Source of the DNA: Planctomycetota bacterium
GTDB lineage: Bacteria; Planctomycetota; UBA8108; SXIK01
Reading direction: 5' to 3'
Length of the DNA: 64,000 bases
Assembly (NCBI GenBank): GCA_965223265.1
Contig: OZ244999.1
Coordinates: 1,984,001-2,048,000 of the forward strand
Below, in pieces: positions 9,333 to 18,884 of this stretch (positions within the stretch are counted from its first letter, which is position 1; the number at the start of each line of letters is the position of its first letter). A model generated the notes under the pieces. It made no database searches, was not told the DNA's origin, and was given only the letters and a program-made list of their open reading frames with translations. A program made the translations under genes and the position numbers.

Positions 9333-9373
9333 CACATTGGAGGTGGCACATTGGAGGTGGCACATTGGAGGTG
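9333..9373 (+). repeat. 3 x 14-bp tandem repeat CACATTGGAGGTGG, each copy containing a Shine-Dalgarno
   Basis: Copies at 9333, 9347 and 9361. The last GGAGGTG lies 7 nt before ATG 9381. Confidence 0.9.
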
Positions 9374-9380
9374 ACGCGGT

Positions 9381-10157
9381 ATGAAACGAGATACGGCAGC
9401 CGACCTCGTCGGCAAAGTGGCGCTGATCACCGGGGGCAGCCGCGGCATCGGGTTCGCGATCGCTAAGGGTTTCCTGGAGCGAGGCGCGCAGGTCGTGATC
9501 ACCTCGCGAAGCCACAACGGCATCCAGGCGGCGGTCACTAAGCTGAAGGATGTCGGCTTGACTCAAGTCGAAGGCGCCGTCGCGCACAGTGCCAATCCCG
9601 AGGCAGTCCAGCAGGCGTTTCAGGCGGCTGCATCGGCCTTTGGTCCGGTGCAGATCGTCGTCAACAACGCGGCGACCAATCCGATCATGAAGCCACTTGC
9701 CGACACGGAGCTCGAGGTTTTCGACAAGATCATTCAGACCAATCTGCGTGGTTATTTGGTGGTCTCTCAAGAGGCTGTCAAGCGTCTACGTGCAGCTCGC
9801 CTCGGTGGCTCCATCATTAACGTCTCCACCGTTGCGTCGATGCGTAGCTGGCCGGGTCTCGGCGCTTACAGCGTGAGCAAAGCCGCGGTGAACATGATGA
9901 CGCAGGTCCTCGCTGGCGAACTCGGGCCCGAGTCGATTCGGGTCAACGGCATTGCCCCTGGTCTCGTGCGGACGCGGTTCAGCGAGGCGCTTTGGGGCGA
10001 CTCCGAGGCGGAGGAGCGCGTGAAGCGAAAACTGCCGCTCAGGCGCATCGCCGAGGTGGAGGACATCGTCGGCGCCGCGATCTTTCTAGCTTCCGACGCG
10101 TCGTCCTACGTCACGGGTCAGACTCTTGTCGTTGACGGTGGAATGCTCGCGACCTAA
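9381..10157 (+). CDS. Short-chain dehydrogenase/reductase (classical SDR, DHRS4-like)
   Basis: TGGSRGIG, NNAATNP and YSVSK catalytic motifs. Confidence 0.95.
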   Translation: MKRDTAADLVGKVALITGGSRGIGFAIAKGFLERGAQVVITSRSHNGIQAAVTKLKDVGLTQVEGAVAHSANPEAVQQAFQAAASAFGPVQIVVNNAATNPIMKPLADTELEVFDKIIQTNLRGYLVVSQEAVKRLRAARLGGSIINVSTVASMRSWPGLGAYSVSKAAVNMMTQVLAGELGPESIRVNGIAPGLVRTRFSEALWGDSEAEERVKRKLPLRRIAEVEDIVGAAIFLASDASSYVTGQTLVVDGGMLAT

Positions 10158-10261
10158 TCGCCGAAAAGTCATGCTGCGGTGAAAAAAATCTTCGCGCTGT
10201 ATGTCGAGAATTCCTCAACAACCAGCGGGCGGGGCCTTAGAATACGCAGGAGAGAGATCAT

Positions 10262-11206
10262 TTGACGAGCCCTGCGAAATCCACGCTCGGAGGAATCATG
10301 CGTTCAGGAACGGTCAGCAGCATGCGCGTGTCACGTCGCCGGCCCTTCAGCGGCCGGAGCTTGGTGCTTACGATCGCAGCGGGGCTTTGGCTTCCCACCG
10401 CGTTTGTGATGGCGGAACCCCCACGACTTGGCCTCGGGGCGAGCGAACAAAACGTCGGCGAACTTTACGTGGACCGTGGTACCGATCACGCCGTCGAGTC
10501 GACGCCCGCACACCCGACTCACGGGTGGCACCCCTACTACAATCACTACGGCTACTACCCCTGGTACGCGATCCCGCGCACTTACCGCTACAAACGTTAT
10601 CCCGAAAACACCCGCACGGCGCGCACCCCTGACCTGCAGCTGCGTCCGTATGACCCGTACGCGTGGGTGCACGGCCTGCGTCTGCCAAAGGACGCGGCGC
10701 CGCTACCGCCTCCTCCCGATTGGCGCGGCTATGAAGGCGTTGTGGGCGCGGCCAAGCGCGAAGCCGGAGAGAACGCGTCGCTCGTCGGTGATGGGCGGGC
10801 GATCGAGCTCATGAAGAAGGCGAAATACAAGCAAGCCGGACGCTTGCTGGCAGCAGCCTTTCGCCGCGACGATCACCCGCGATATCCGCTTCTTCTGTCC
10901 GAGGTGTTTCTCGGGCTCGGCAAGACGGAGCACGCTGAGCTCCTTCTCGGCGTGGCGCTGGAGTCCGAGGACGTCGCTGCAGTGCTGCCGCGAAAGATCG
11001 CGGAGCATTTTCCGCCGAATGAATTCGAACGCATCGCGAGTGAGGTGACCTCGAAGAGCGGCGACACGCTGCTGGCAGCGTATCTTCTCGTTCACTCCCA
11101 AGCACCCGAAAAGGGATTGGATGCGCTCAAGAAGCTCTACGAGGCGGGCGACGTAAAGGCGGGGGTCCTCTACCGTCACTACCTGGGTCAAGTTTTTCGC
11201 GACTGA
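10262..11206 (+). CDS. Exported hypothetical protein with a Tyr/His-rich segment and helical (TPR-like) C-terminus
   Basis: Long ORF with a signal-like segment. Start is uncertain. Confidence 0.65.
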   Translation: MTSPAKSTLGGIMRSGTVSSMRVSRRRPFSGRSLVLTIAAGLWLPTAFVMAEPPRLGLGASEQNVGELYVDRGTDHAVESTPAHPTHGWHPYYNHYGYYPWYAIPRTYRYKRYPENTRTARTPDLQLRPYDPYAWVHGLRLPKDAAPLPPPPDWRGYEGVVGAAKREAGENASLVGDGRAIELMKKAKYKQAGRLLAAAFRRDDHPRYPLLLSEVFLGLGKTEHAELLLGVALESEDVAAVLPRKIAEHFPPNEFERIASEVTSKSGDTLLAAYLLVHSQAPEKGLDALKKLYEAGDVKAGVLYRHYLGQVFRD

Positions 11207-11339
11207 GCGCGGCGACAATTGAACCCAGGAACGCTTCGGAAGGTTCCGAACAGTTTGCGGGTCGTCTTCGTTCGTCGCAGCTTTCATCGGTAGCGGTGGG
11301 GACCTCTACGTTTCGATCGCTTTGGATGGAGGAGGAAAT

Positions 11340-13448
11340 ATGCGTGCGGCGTCGACTTTTCGCCTCGGGATGGGACTGATTGGTTGTGTTGTCGCACTCA
11401 CGGTTGTCGCGGCCCCCGTGGATTCGCGGCTCGAGCGCGCCAAAACGCTGAACGACGAGCACGCGTTTGATCCGCCCGCGACGCTCCAGGCCTGGGAGCG
11501 GCGTGCGGCACGCGTGCGTGAGCAGATCCTTGTCGCTGCGGGTCTGTGGCCTTTGCCTCCAGTGGCGTCCGTGAACGCCACCATCCACGGTCGCATCGAA
11601 CGGGACGCGTACAGCGTCGAGAAGGTTCTCGTCGAAAGCTTTCCTGGGTTTTACGTCACGGGCAACTTGTACCGTCCTCTGGCGCCATCCACGACGCCAC
11701 GGCCGGCAGTCTTGAGTCCGCACGGCCATTGGCCGAACGGGCGCTTCTACGAGCGCAGCGAAGAGGAGGCACAGGCCCAGATCGACGCTGGCAAGGAGAA
11801 GACCATGGCTGGCGCTCGGTACCCGCTGCAAGCCCGCTGCGCCATGCTCGCGCGGATGGGGTGCGTCGTCTTTCACTACGATATGGTGGGCTACGCCGAC
11901 AGCAAGCAGATCCCTCACGCCAAAGGATTCGAGGACGCGGAGGCCGGCCTGCGCCTGCAGAGCGCTTTCGGCCTGCAGCTCTATAACTCGATCCGCGCTT
12001 TCGATTTTCTTGCCTCGCTTGAGGGCGTTGATCCGCAGCGCATCGGCGTCACCGGTGCCAGCGGCGGTGGCACGCAGACGTTCTTTCTCGCCGGGATCGA
12101 CACGCGTCCGAAGGCGGCGTTTCCAGCCGTGATGGTGTCGACGGGAATGCAGGGCGGATGTGTCTGCGAGAACGCCCACCTGTTGCGAGTCGGTACCGGC
12201 AACGTCGAGTTCGCTGCCCTGGCCGCACCCAGACCGGTCAGCATGACTGGGGCGAACGATTGGACGATCGACATTGAGACCAAAGGGTTGCCCGAGCTGA
12301 AGGAACTGTATCGCCTCTACGACGCCGAGGAGCGAGTGGCGGCAAAGTGTTTCCCAGACTTCGAGCACAACTACAATCAGGTCAGCCGGGAGATCATGTA
12401 CGGCTGGTTCAACGAGCACCTGCAGCTCGGCTGGGAAGAGACGCCCGTCACGGAGGTCGTCTTCGAGCCGATCGCGCCGGCCGAGCTCTCGGTTTTCGAC
12501 GATGAGCATGCATTGCCTTCGGATGCTGTCGACGTTGAGAGGTTGCGTGAGCTGTGGACCGAGATGTCGACGGCGCAAATGCGTTCGCTCTCGCCGTCGG
12601 ACGCTGACGACTTTGTGAAGTACCAGCAAGTCCTTCGAGCCGCGCTGCGAGCGATCGTCGGTAGCGACTTGCCGGCGACTTCCGACGTTGATGTTGAGGC
12701 GACCGCACAGGCCGAGGTGGACGGGTTTCGTCTTGAGTGGCGTCGGCTCTCGCGCGCCGGTCGCCGCGATCAAGTCCCAGCTCTGTGGATCGAGCCGCCG
12801 ACTTGGGATGGGCGCGTCGTCGTCTGTGTCTCGGACCGCGGCCAGGGCGATTTCGCGCGTAGCGCCGGCGACGGCCGCTTGCAGGCGGTCGCCGCACGAG
12901 CGTTGACGCGCGGCGCCGCACTCTTGCTGGTCGACGTGTTGCTCACGGGGGAGTCGGCGACCGCAGCATCAGAGGCGCCACGGCTCCCTGTTGACACGAA
13001 GCGACACGAACGTTTCTCGGGGTACACCTATGGATACAACCGCACTCTCCTCGCAGAGCGTGTACACGACGTTCTCACCGCGGTCGCGCACGCGCGTGCG
13101 AACGAAACGACGCGTGCGGTTCACTTGATCGGTGCGGGAGAAGGTGGTCTTTGGTGCCTCTTGGCAACCGCGATCGCCAGCGATGCCATCGGCGCTGTCT
13201 TCGCCGAGCGGCCAAGCTTTCACTTTGCGGAGATCGCCGATGTCAACGACCCGCGCTTCTTCCCCGGCGGTCTCAAGTACGGCGATTGGGAAGCGTTCGC
13301 TGCGGCTTGTGCGCCCGTGCCGCTGTGGCTCGTCGGAGCAAGCACCGTTCCTGTCGCCGTCGACAACGCATACCGGGCGGCGGCCGCTGGAGCCGCCGAA
13401 ACGATGGCGCGTCTGTCACCCGAAACGATCGAACAGCTGCCGCAGTGA
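11340..13448 (+). CDS. Secreted acetylxylan-esterase-like alpha/beta hydrolase (two hydrolase-like domains)
   Basis: RBS GGAGGAGG, signal peptide, and PHGHW, YDMVGY, GASGGG and GGCVCE motifs. Confidence 0.88.
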   Translation: MRAASTFRLGMGLIGCVVALTVVAAPVDSRLERAKTLNDEHAFDPPATLQAWERRAARVREQILVAAGLWPLPPVASVNATIHGRIERDAYSVEKVLVESFPGFYVTGNLYRPLAPSTTPRPAVLSPHGHWPNGRFYERSEEEAQAQIDAGKEKTMAGARYPLQARCAMLARMGCVVFHYDMVGYADSKQIPHAKGFEDAEAGLRLQSAFGLQLYNSIRAFDFLASLEGVDPQRIGVTGASGGGTQTFFLAGIDTRPKAAFPAVMVSTGMQGGCVCENAHLLRVGTGNVEFAALAAPRPVSMTGANDWTIDIETKGLPELKELYRLYDAEERVAAKCFPDFEHNYNQVSREIMYGWFNEHLQLGWEETPVTEVVFEPIAPAELSVFDDEHALPSDAVDVERLRELWTEMSTAQMRSLSPSDADDFVKYQQVLRAALRAIVGSDLPATSDVDVEATAQAEVDGFRLEWRRLSRAGRRDQVPALWIEPPTWDGRVVVCVSDRGQGDFARSAGDGRLQAVAARALTRGAALLLVDVLLTGESATAASEAPRLPVDTKRHERFSGYTYGYNRTLLAERVHDVLTAVAHARANETTRAVHLIGAGEGGLWCLLATAIASDAIGAVFAERPSFHFAEIADVNDPRFFPGGLKYGDWEAFAAACAPVPLWLVGASTVPVAVDNAYRAAAAGAAETMARLSPETIEQLPQ

Positions 13449-13517
13449 ACGCCACGACACGCCACGACACGCCGCGACACGCCACGACACGCCGCGACAC
13501 GCCGCGACACGCCGCGA
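13449..13517 (+). repeat. ~7 x 10-bp tandem repeat ACGCC(A/G)CGAC
   Basis: Directly visible right after the stop codon. Confidence 0.9.
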
Positions 13518-13638
13518 TCACGGTGCCGCATCGCACGGCGCCTCTTTACGCTGCTGCGGAGCCGGGCTATAACGGTTGTTTCGATTTGTTGACAACCTAG
13601 CGCCTTTGCACCGTGGTCTTTTCAAGGAGCGTCTAACG

Positions 13639-16017
13639 ATGGCTACGACGTTGACGGTAAAGAATCCAGGTCCGACTGCACGAGTTCCGTTGCAACCGAT
13701 CACGCCGAGGGCCCAGGCGACGGCTGGTGCATTGCCAAGCTGCGCCGCGCGGCGGTCGACGCTGAGTTTGCTTCTGGTCGCTGTGCTGGTGTTGCCGGCG
13801 TCTCTTGACGCACAGAGTTTGTCAGTGATCAGCGGTGTGGAGGCGCAGCCTCTCAAGGCGCAGGCGCGCAGGATCGTGGAGGCGCTCGGATACGTTGGCA
13901 GTCCGATCTCGCCAGGGGACCAAACGCGACTGAAAGAGATCTTTGACGCACCTGACGACGAGAAGTCGAGTCAGGAAGTGCAAAAGATCCTGAACGCTTA
14001 TGTGGTCAATGCCGTCCACATCAATCCTGAGAGTCGTGTCAAGGTCGCAGCTGGCCCAGCGAAGCCGGAGCTTCTCATGCAGGGGTGGCGCACGTTCCTG
14101 GTTCGCGTGCACAACGAGGCCGGCGTGACAGCAGAGCTCCAGGTGGAGAGTCCGAACGCCGCGCCGCTCTACAAACGCTCAACCGGTTCGAAGGAACCGG
14201 AGATCACGATCAAACCTGGCGACGTCGGCAACCGCTGGATGGACATCGCGCTCTATACAGGACAGCCGCTACAGCCTCGACTTTCCGGCTTGCTGCTAGA
14301 GTACCGTATCGTTGAGATCTACGCGCGGGACTCGGGCAAGCGTGAAGCGAAGATCATGTACAACGTCGGTCAGGGGACGCAAGACATCGGGTTTCGCAAC
14401 GAGGTGGACATCCTGTTCGACTGCGTACCGTCGGTGGAGGTGATCCTCGACGTGCGCGACCACGATGGTTCGGAAACGATGGCATCGTTCGAGGTGCGCG
14501 ATCGTCGTGGCCGTTTGTATCCGGCGCCGTCACGCCGTTTGGCGCCAGACTTCTTCTTTCATCCACAGGTCTATCGTGCCACGGGCGAGTCGATTCACCT
14601 GCCGGCGGGGGAGTACGAAGTGATCTTCACCCGTGGCCCCGAATATTTGGTTTCAACGCGAACGATCGAAGTGCCGCCGAACGTCAAGTCGCACCGCGAG
14701 AAGTTCGATCTGGAGCGCTGGGTGCATCCATTGAAGCTCGGCTGGTTCAGCGGCGACCATCACGTCCACGGAGGCGGCTGTGCGCACTACGAGAGTCCGA
14801 CAGCGGGCGTTACGCCCAAGGATATGTTCCGGCATCAGCTCGGTGAGGATCTCAACATCGCCTGCGTGCTGACCTGGGGGCCATGCTGGTATTTCCAGAA
14901 GCAGTTTTTCGAAGGCCGGGTCAACGAGCACAGCACGGCGAATTACAAGATGCGCTATGACGTCGAGGTTTCTGGTTTTCCGTCCGACCACTCGGGCCAC
15001 CTTTCCCTCCTGCGTCTGAAGGAAGACGACTATCCCGGGACGACGCGCACGGAGCAGTGGCCGAGCTGGGATTTGCCGATTTTGACGTGGGCGAAGGAGC
15101 AGGGCGGTGTGGTCGGATTCTCGCATTCCGGGTGGGGGCTCGCGGTTGAAACTGATGAGCTGCCGAACTACGTCATTCCACCCTTTGACGGCATCGGTGC
15201 CAACGAGTTCATCGTCGACGTGGTCCACGGTGTCGTCGACTTTATCTCATCGGTCGACACGCCGTATGTCTGGGAGCTGAACATTTGGTACCACACGCTG
15301 AACTGTGGCTTCAGGACGCGGATCAGCGGCGAGACCGATTTTCCATGCATCTACGGCGACAAGGTGGGGCTCGGAAGAATCTACTGCAAGCTTGACGGCG
15401 AGTTGAACTTCGATAAGTTCTGTGACGCCATCCGCGAGGGGCGATCCTATGTTGGTGACGGATTGAGTCACCTGATCGACTTCTCGATCAACGGCGTCGA
15501 AATTGGCACGCGCGGCAGCGAGGTACACGTGGCGAAGCCCGGACGAGTGAAAGTCACAGCGAGGGTCGCTGCCTATTTAGATCAAACGGCGAATCCTGAC
15601 TTGAGCGAGGTGCCCTACAGCACGAAGCCCTACTGGCATATCGAGCGCGCCCGAATCAAGGGCGAGCGCAAGGTGCCACTTGAGATCGTCGTCAACGGAC
15701 AAGCGGTTGCGCGCCATGAGATCGTCGCTGACGGCAAGCTCCGCGACATGACCTTCGACGTGCCGATCGAGCGTTCGAGTTGGGTGGCGCTGCGCATTCT
15801 TCCAAGCTCGCACACCAATCCAATCTTCGTGCTGGTCGATGGCAAGCCGGTGCGTGCTTCGCGCCGCAGTGCAGACTGGTGTCTCAAATCGGTCGACCAG
15901 TGCTGGGAGCGGAAGCATCCGCGCATCCGAGAGTCGGAGCGCGACGCCGCGCGCAAGGCGTATGACGTGGCGCGGACTGCGTACAGAAAGATCCTGGCGG
16001 AATCGCATGCGGATTGA
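13639..16017 (+). CDS. CehA/McbA-family (PHP-like) metallohydrolase, secreted
   Basis: RBS AAGGAG before ATG 13639. GDHHVH, HSGWG and SGETDFPC motifs. Confidence 0.85.
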   Translation: MATTLTVKNPGPTARVPLQPITPRAQATAGALPSCAARRSTLSLLLVAVLVLPASLDAQSLSVISGVEAQPLKAQARRIVEALGYVGSPISPGDQTRLKEIFDAPDDEKSSQEVQKILNAYVVNAVHINPESRVKVAAGPAKPELLMQGWRTFLVRVHNEAGVTAELQVESPNAAPLYKRSTGSKEPEITIKPGDVGNRWMDIALYTGQPLQPRLSGLLLEYRIVEIYARDSGKREAKIMYNVGQGTQDIGFRNEVDILFDCVPSVEVILDVRDHDGSETMASFEVRDRRGRLYPAPSRRLAPDFFFHPQVYRATGESIHLPAGEYEVIFTRGPEYLVSTRTIEVPPNVKSHREKFDLERWVHPLKLGWFSGDHHVHGGGCAHYESPTAGVTPKDMFRHQLGEDLNIACVLTWGPCWYFQKQFFEGRVNEHSTANYKMRYDVEVSGFPSDHSGHLSLLRLKEDDYPGTTRTEQWPSWDLPILTWAKEQGGVVGFSHSGWGLAVETDELPNYVIPPFDGIGANEFIVDVVHGVVDFISSVDTPYVWELNIWYHTLNCGFRTRISGETDFPCIYGDKVGLGRIYCKLDGELNFDKFCDAIREGRSYVGDGLSHLIDFSINGVEIGTRGSEVHVAKPGRVKVTARVAAYLDQTANPDLSEVPYSTKPYWHIERARIKGERKVPLEIVVNGQAVARHEIVADGKLRDMTFDVPIERSSWVALRILPSSHTNPIFVLVDGKPVRASRRSADWCLKSVDQCWERKHPRIRESERDAARKAYDVARTAYRKILAESHAD

Positions 16018-16819
16018 CGCGCGTTCGAACGGGCTGCGCGACACGCCGGGCGCCGAGGCATCTGGGCGACTGGCGTGCCGCGTATCTCCATCGCCGCGAC
16101 GCTCTGCTTCGCGCGCGGCACCGCTGCCGCGCCTGTTGGCGCTGGCGGTGAGTGTGGCGGTGAGCGTCGGTTGTGAGGACGAGCGCGCCGCCGGTCTCAC
16201 CGGAAACGTCGTCGTCGACAGAGCGGCAGCAGAGATCGAGATCCACGCCGTGTTTCAGCGCGCGCCGGCCACGGAGGGTTCGTGGCATCTGCTCGTGCAG
16301 AAAGATGGTTCGATGGCACAGCAGGCCTGCTTCGTCACCGACGCCTCGCCGCAGCTGTTCTACGACAGTCTTCGCGGTTTGGCGTTCGAAGCGGCTAATA
16401 CGATCACCTGCGATAACATGGGAGATCTCAATGCCGCGACGCGGGGAGAACTCCTGGACTACTCCTTCGAGTGGGCGACAAGCGCTGGACGACGGAGCTT
16501 GGACGACCTCTTCGTCGAAGTCGTGCCCGAGTCGGAAGAGGCGGCTCGTGGGAAGCGCGGCATCGAAATGCGATTTGGCGGCAATCACACCGGTGAGGAC
16601 GAGGGGAGCCCGCCGTCGCACCGCAGCGGCTGCCTGGCCTGCCTCTATACTTGCTGCGCGGGAGTTACCTCAAATAGCCGTGCCAACTTGGCGACACTGC
16701 GCGCCGACGGCGACGTCCATCGCTACCGCATTCGCCCGGGCGTGAAGCTGGATGACGGCACCGTGGTGACGATCTTTGTGCGCCGCAAGCCTACTGGAGA
16801 AGACGCGCAACGTCGTTGA
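16007..16819 (+). CDS. YdjY-like lipoprotein with Cys cluster
   Basis: Lipobox VSVGC, 'EMRFGGN' and 'SGCLACLYTCCAGVTSN' resemble the YdjY GCxxCxxSC motif. Start overlaps the previous stop and is uncertain. Confidence 0.65.
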   Translation: MRIDARSNGLRDTPGAEASGRLACRVSPSPRRSASRAAPLPRLLALAVSVAVSVGCEDERAAGLTGNVVVDRAAAEIEIHAVFQRAPATEGSWHLLVQKDGSMAQQACFVTDASPQLFYDSLRGLAFEAANTITCDNMGDLNAATRGELLDYSFEWATSAGRRSLDDLFVEVVPESEEAARGKRGIEMRFGGNHTGEDEGSPPSHRSGCLACLYTCCAGVTSNSRANLATLRADGDVHRYRIRPGVKLDDGTVVTIFVRRKPTGEDAQRR

Positions 16820-18884
16820 AGGTGACGAAGATCGCGAGCGCCAGAATCAGCAGAAAAGCGATGTTGGTCGCCCACTCCTGGACGCGAATGTCGACCGGAC
16901 TGCCCTTGATTTTTTCGATCAACAGGAAGAGGAGATGTCCGCCGTCGAGGATAGGGAACGGAAGGAGATTGAACAGGCCCAAGTTGACGCTGATCAGCGC
17001 GATGAAGTAGAGCAGGAATCCGAAGTCGCGTTGCTCCGTGATCTTCGTCAGCACGTGCGTGATTCCGACCGGTCCGGTGAGGTTCTTCGCGGAGACATCC
17101 CTGCGGATGAGGCTCCGCAGCGTGAGGAAAACCCATTTCGAGACGACGTAGACGCGTCGCGCACCAAGGGTGAATGCCTCAAGCACGCCTGTTTTGATCA
17201 GTTTCTCTTTGGACATCCAGGCGACGCCGACGACGTCGGTTCGATGGCCGACCGTCAGCTGCGTCGATTCGGTGCTGCCGTCTGGCCTTCGCCACACGAC
17301 GTCGAGCTGATCGCCTGGCTTGTGCGATTGAACGACTTCGATGAGCTGTCTCCAACGCTCAAGGGTGACGTCGCCGAGGCGCACGATCACGTCACCTGCA
17401 CGGAGCCCGACAGACTCGGCCGCGCTCCCGACGGCTACGGCGGCGATCGGCGGGAACGTCTCCACGGCGATCTCGGTCAACAGTTTCGCTTGCGGCCGCG
17501 ACAGCTCGAGCTGCTGCGGCTCACTGCCGCGCAGGATGAGCAGCGCGAATGAGTCGACGTTTTCTCGCCCAATTTGGTCGGCCAAATCTGTAGCGCTGTA
17601 AACCGGCTGGCCGTTGATTGCGCTGATAGCGTCTGCGCTCTCGAGTCCGGCATCGCTCAACTGAGAGCCGTCACTCAATTCTGGAACAGCGAGCGGAAAC
17701 CTGTCCAAATGAAAGTCGTCGCCGAGGAGCCATTCGATCAGAGCGTGGACTTGAACAGTCAGCGAGGTGACCGTGCCGTCGAGGCGGGCGACCTCGAGAG
17801 TTGTCTCGACTTTGCCTGCCTGTTTGAGTGCCGCGAGTGTGAACCAGTCGAAGATCCGCTGCGGATTCCCGTCGAGGCCGACGATCTGGTCGCCAGGGAG
17901 AAAAAGCCCGGACTGGGCCGCCTCCGATCCAGGGCGAATCGCGCGAATGACGCTGTGGCCAGGGTGGATACCCAGTTGCGGTTCGTCGCTGTCGGTCTTC
18001 TGCGGTCGTGACGGAATTGTTATGCGCTGAAGCTCTCCGTCGCGTTCCACTTCGATTTCGAACGGACGGTTCGCCAGCTGCAGGCGAGTGAAGACATCGA
18101 AGCGCGTCGCAACCGGTAAGTCACGAAACTCTGTTCCGGCGATGGACAAAGACTTCAAGCGATCACCGTCTCGGAGGCCAGCCTGCGCGGCGATGCCTCC
18201 TTTCACCGGCTCAAGCTTGTCGTCGAACGGGGGGAGAAAACCCGCGGTGTTCATGCCGAGCGCTGGGTTCCAGCGCGGGCGCAGCGGCAACGTCGCGGTC
18301 TCCGGAGAGTCCTCGCGACCGCGCTCGACCTTGACGCTGAGCTCCTCGTCGACGTTGGTCGTCGCGATCTTGACTTGCATCTCCATATGCTCGATCACTC
18401 GGCTGCCGTCGATCTCGACGATGCGGTCGCCGGGAAGGAATCCTGACTCCCAGGCTGGCGATCCAGGCTGAACGCTACCGACTTCTGCCGCGGTGAAGCT
18501 CACTCCGAGCGCGAACGCGATCATGAAGAAGATGAATGCGGAGAGGATGTTCATGATGGCGCCGGCGGCAAACACGAGGGCTCGCGCGCTGACCGACTTC
18601 GAGGATAGCTCGTCGGGGTTGCCTTCGCGGTCGTCTGAAAGCAGGGTTTCGCCGGCCATTTTTACATAGCCGCCAAACGGGATCATGCCGATCACGTATT
18701 CGGTTTCACCGCGAGTGAACGAGAAGAGTCGAAGGTTCTTGCCGCGAATGGGAGGATCAAAACCGACGGCGAAACGTTCGACCCGCACCCCGACTTTCTT
18801 GGCCGCGAGAAAGTGGCCAGCCTCGTGGATGAAGATAATGACACCGATGGCGAGAAGTGCATAGATGATATAGAGGAGAGTCAT
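16791..18884 (-). CDS. rseP: RIP metalloprotease RseP with multiple PDZ domains
   Basis: HEAGH, GGYVKM and NLLPFPILDGG motifs. Directly downstream of dxr. Confidence 0.93.
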   Translation of the reverse strand: MTLLYIIYALLAIGVIIFIHEAGHFLAAKKVGVRVERFAVGFDPPIRGKNLRLFSFTRGETEYVIGMIPFGGYVKMAGETLLSDDREGNPDELSSKSVSARALVFAAGAIMNILSAFIFFMIAFALGVSFTAAEVGSVQPGSPAWESGFLPGDRIVEIDGSRVIEHMEMQVKIATTNVDEELSVKVERGREDSPETATLPLRPRWNPALGMNTAGFLPPFDDKLEPVKGGIAAQAGLRDGDRLKSLSIAGTEFRDLPVATRFDVFTRLQLANRPFEIEVERDGELQRITIPSRPQKTDSDEPQLGIHPGHSVIRAIRPGSEAAQSGLFLPGDQIVGLDGNPQRIFDWFTLAALKQAGKVETTLEVARLDGTVTSLTVQVHALIEWLLGDDFHLDRFPLAVPELSDGSQLSDAGLESADAISAINGQPVYSATDLADQIGRENVDSFALLILRGSEPQQLELSRPQAKLLTEIAVETFPPIAAVAVGSAAESVGLRAGDVIVRLGDVTLERWRQLIEVVQSHKPGDQLDVVWRRPDGSTESTQLTVGHRTDVVGVAWMSKEKLIKTGVLEAFTLGARRVYVVSKWVFLTLRSLIRRDVSAKNLTGPVGITHVLTKITEQRDFGFLLYFIALISVNLGLFNLLPFPILDGGHLLFLLIEKIKGSPVDIRVQEWATNIAFLLILALAIFVTFNDVARLLQ

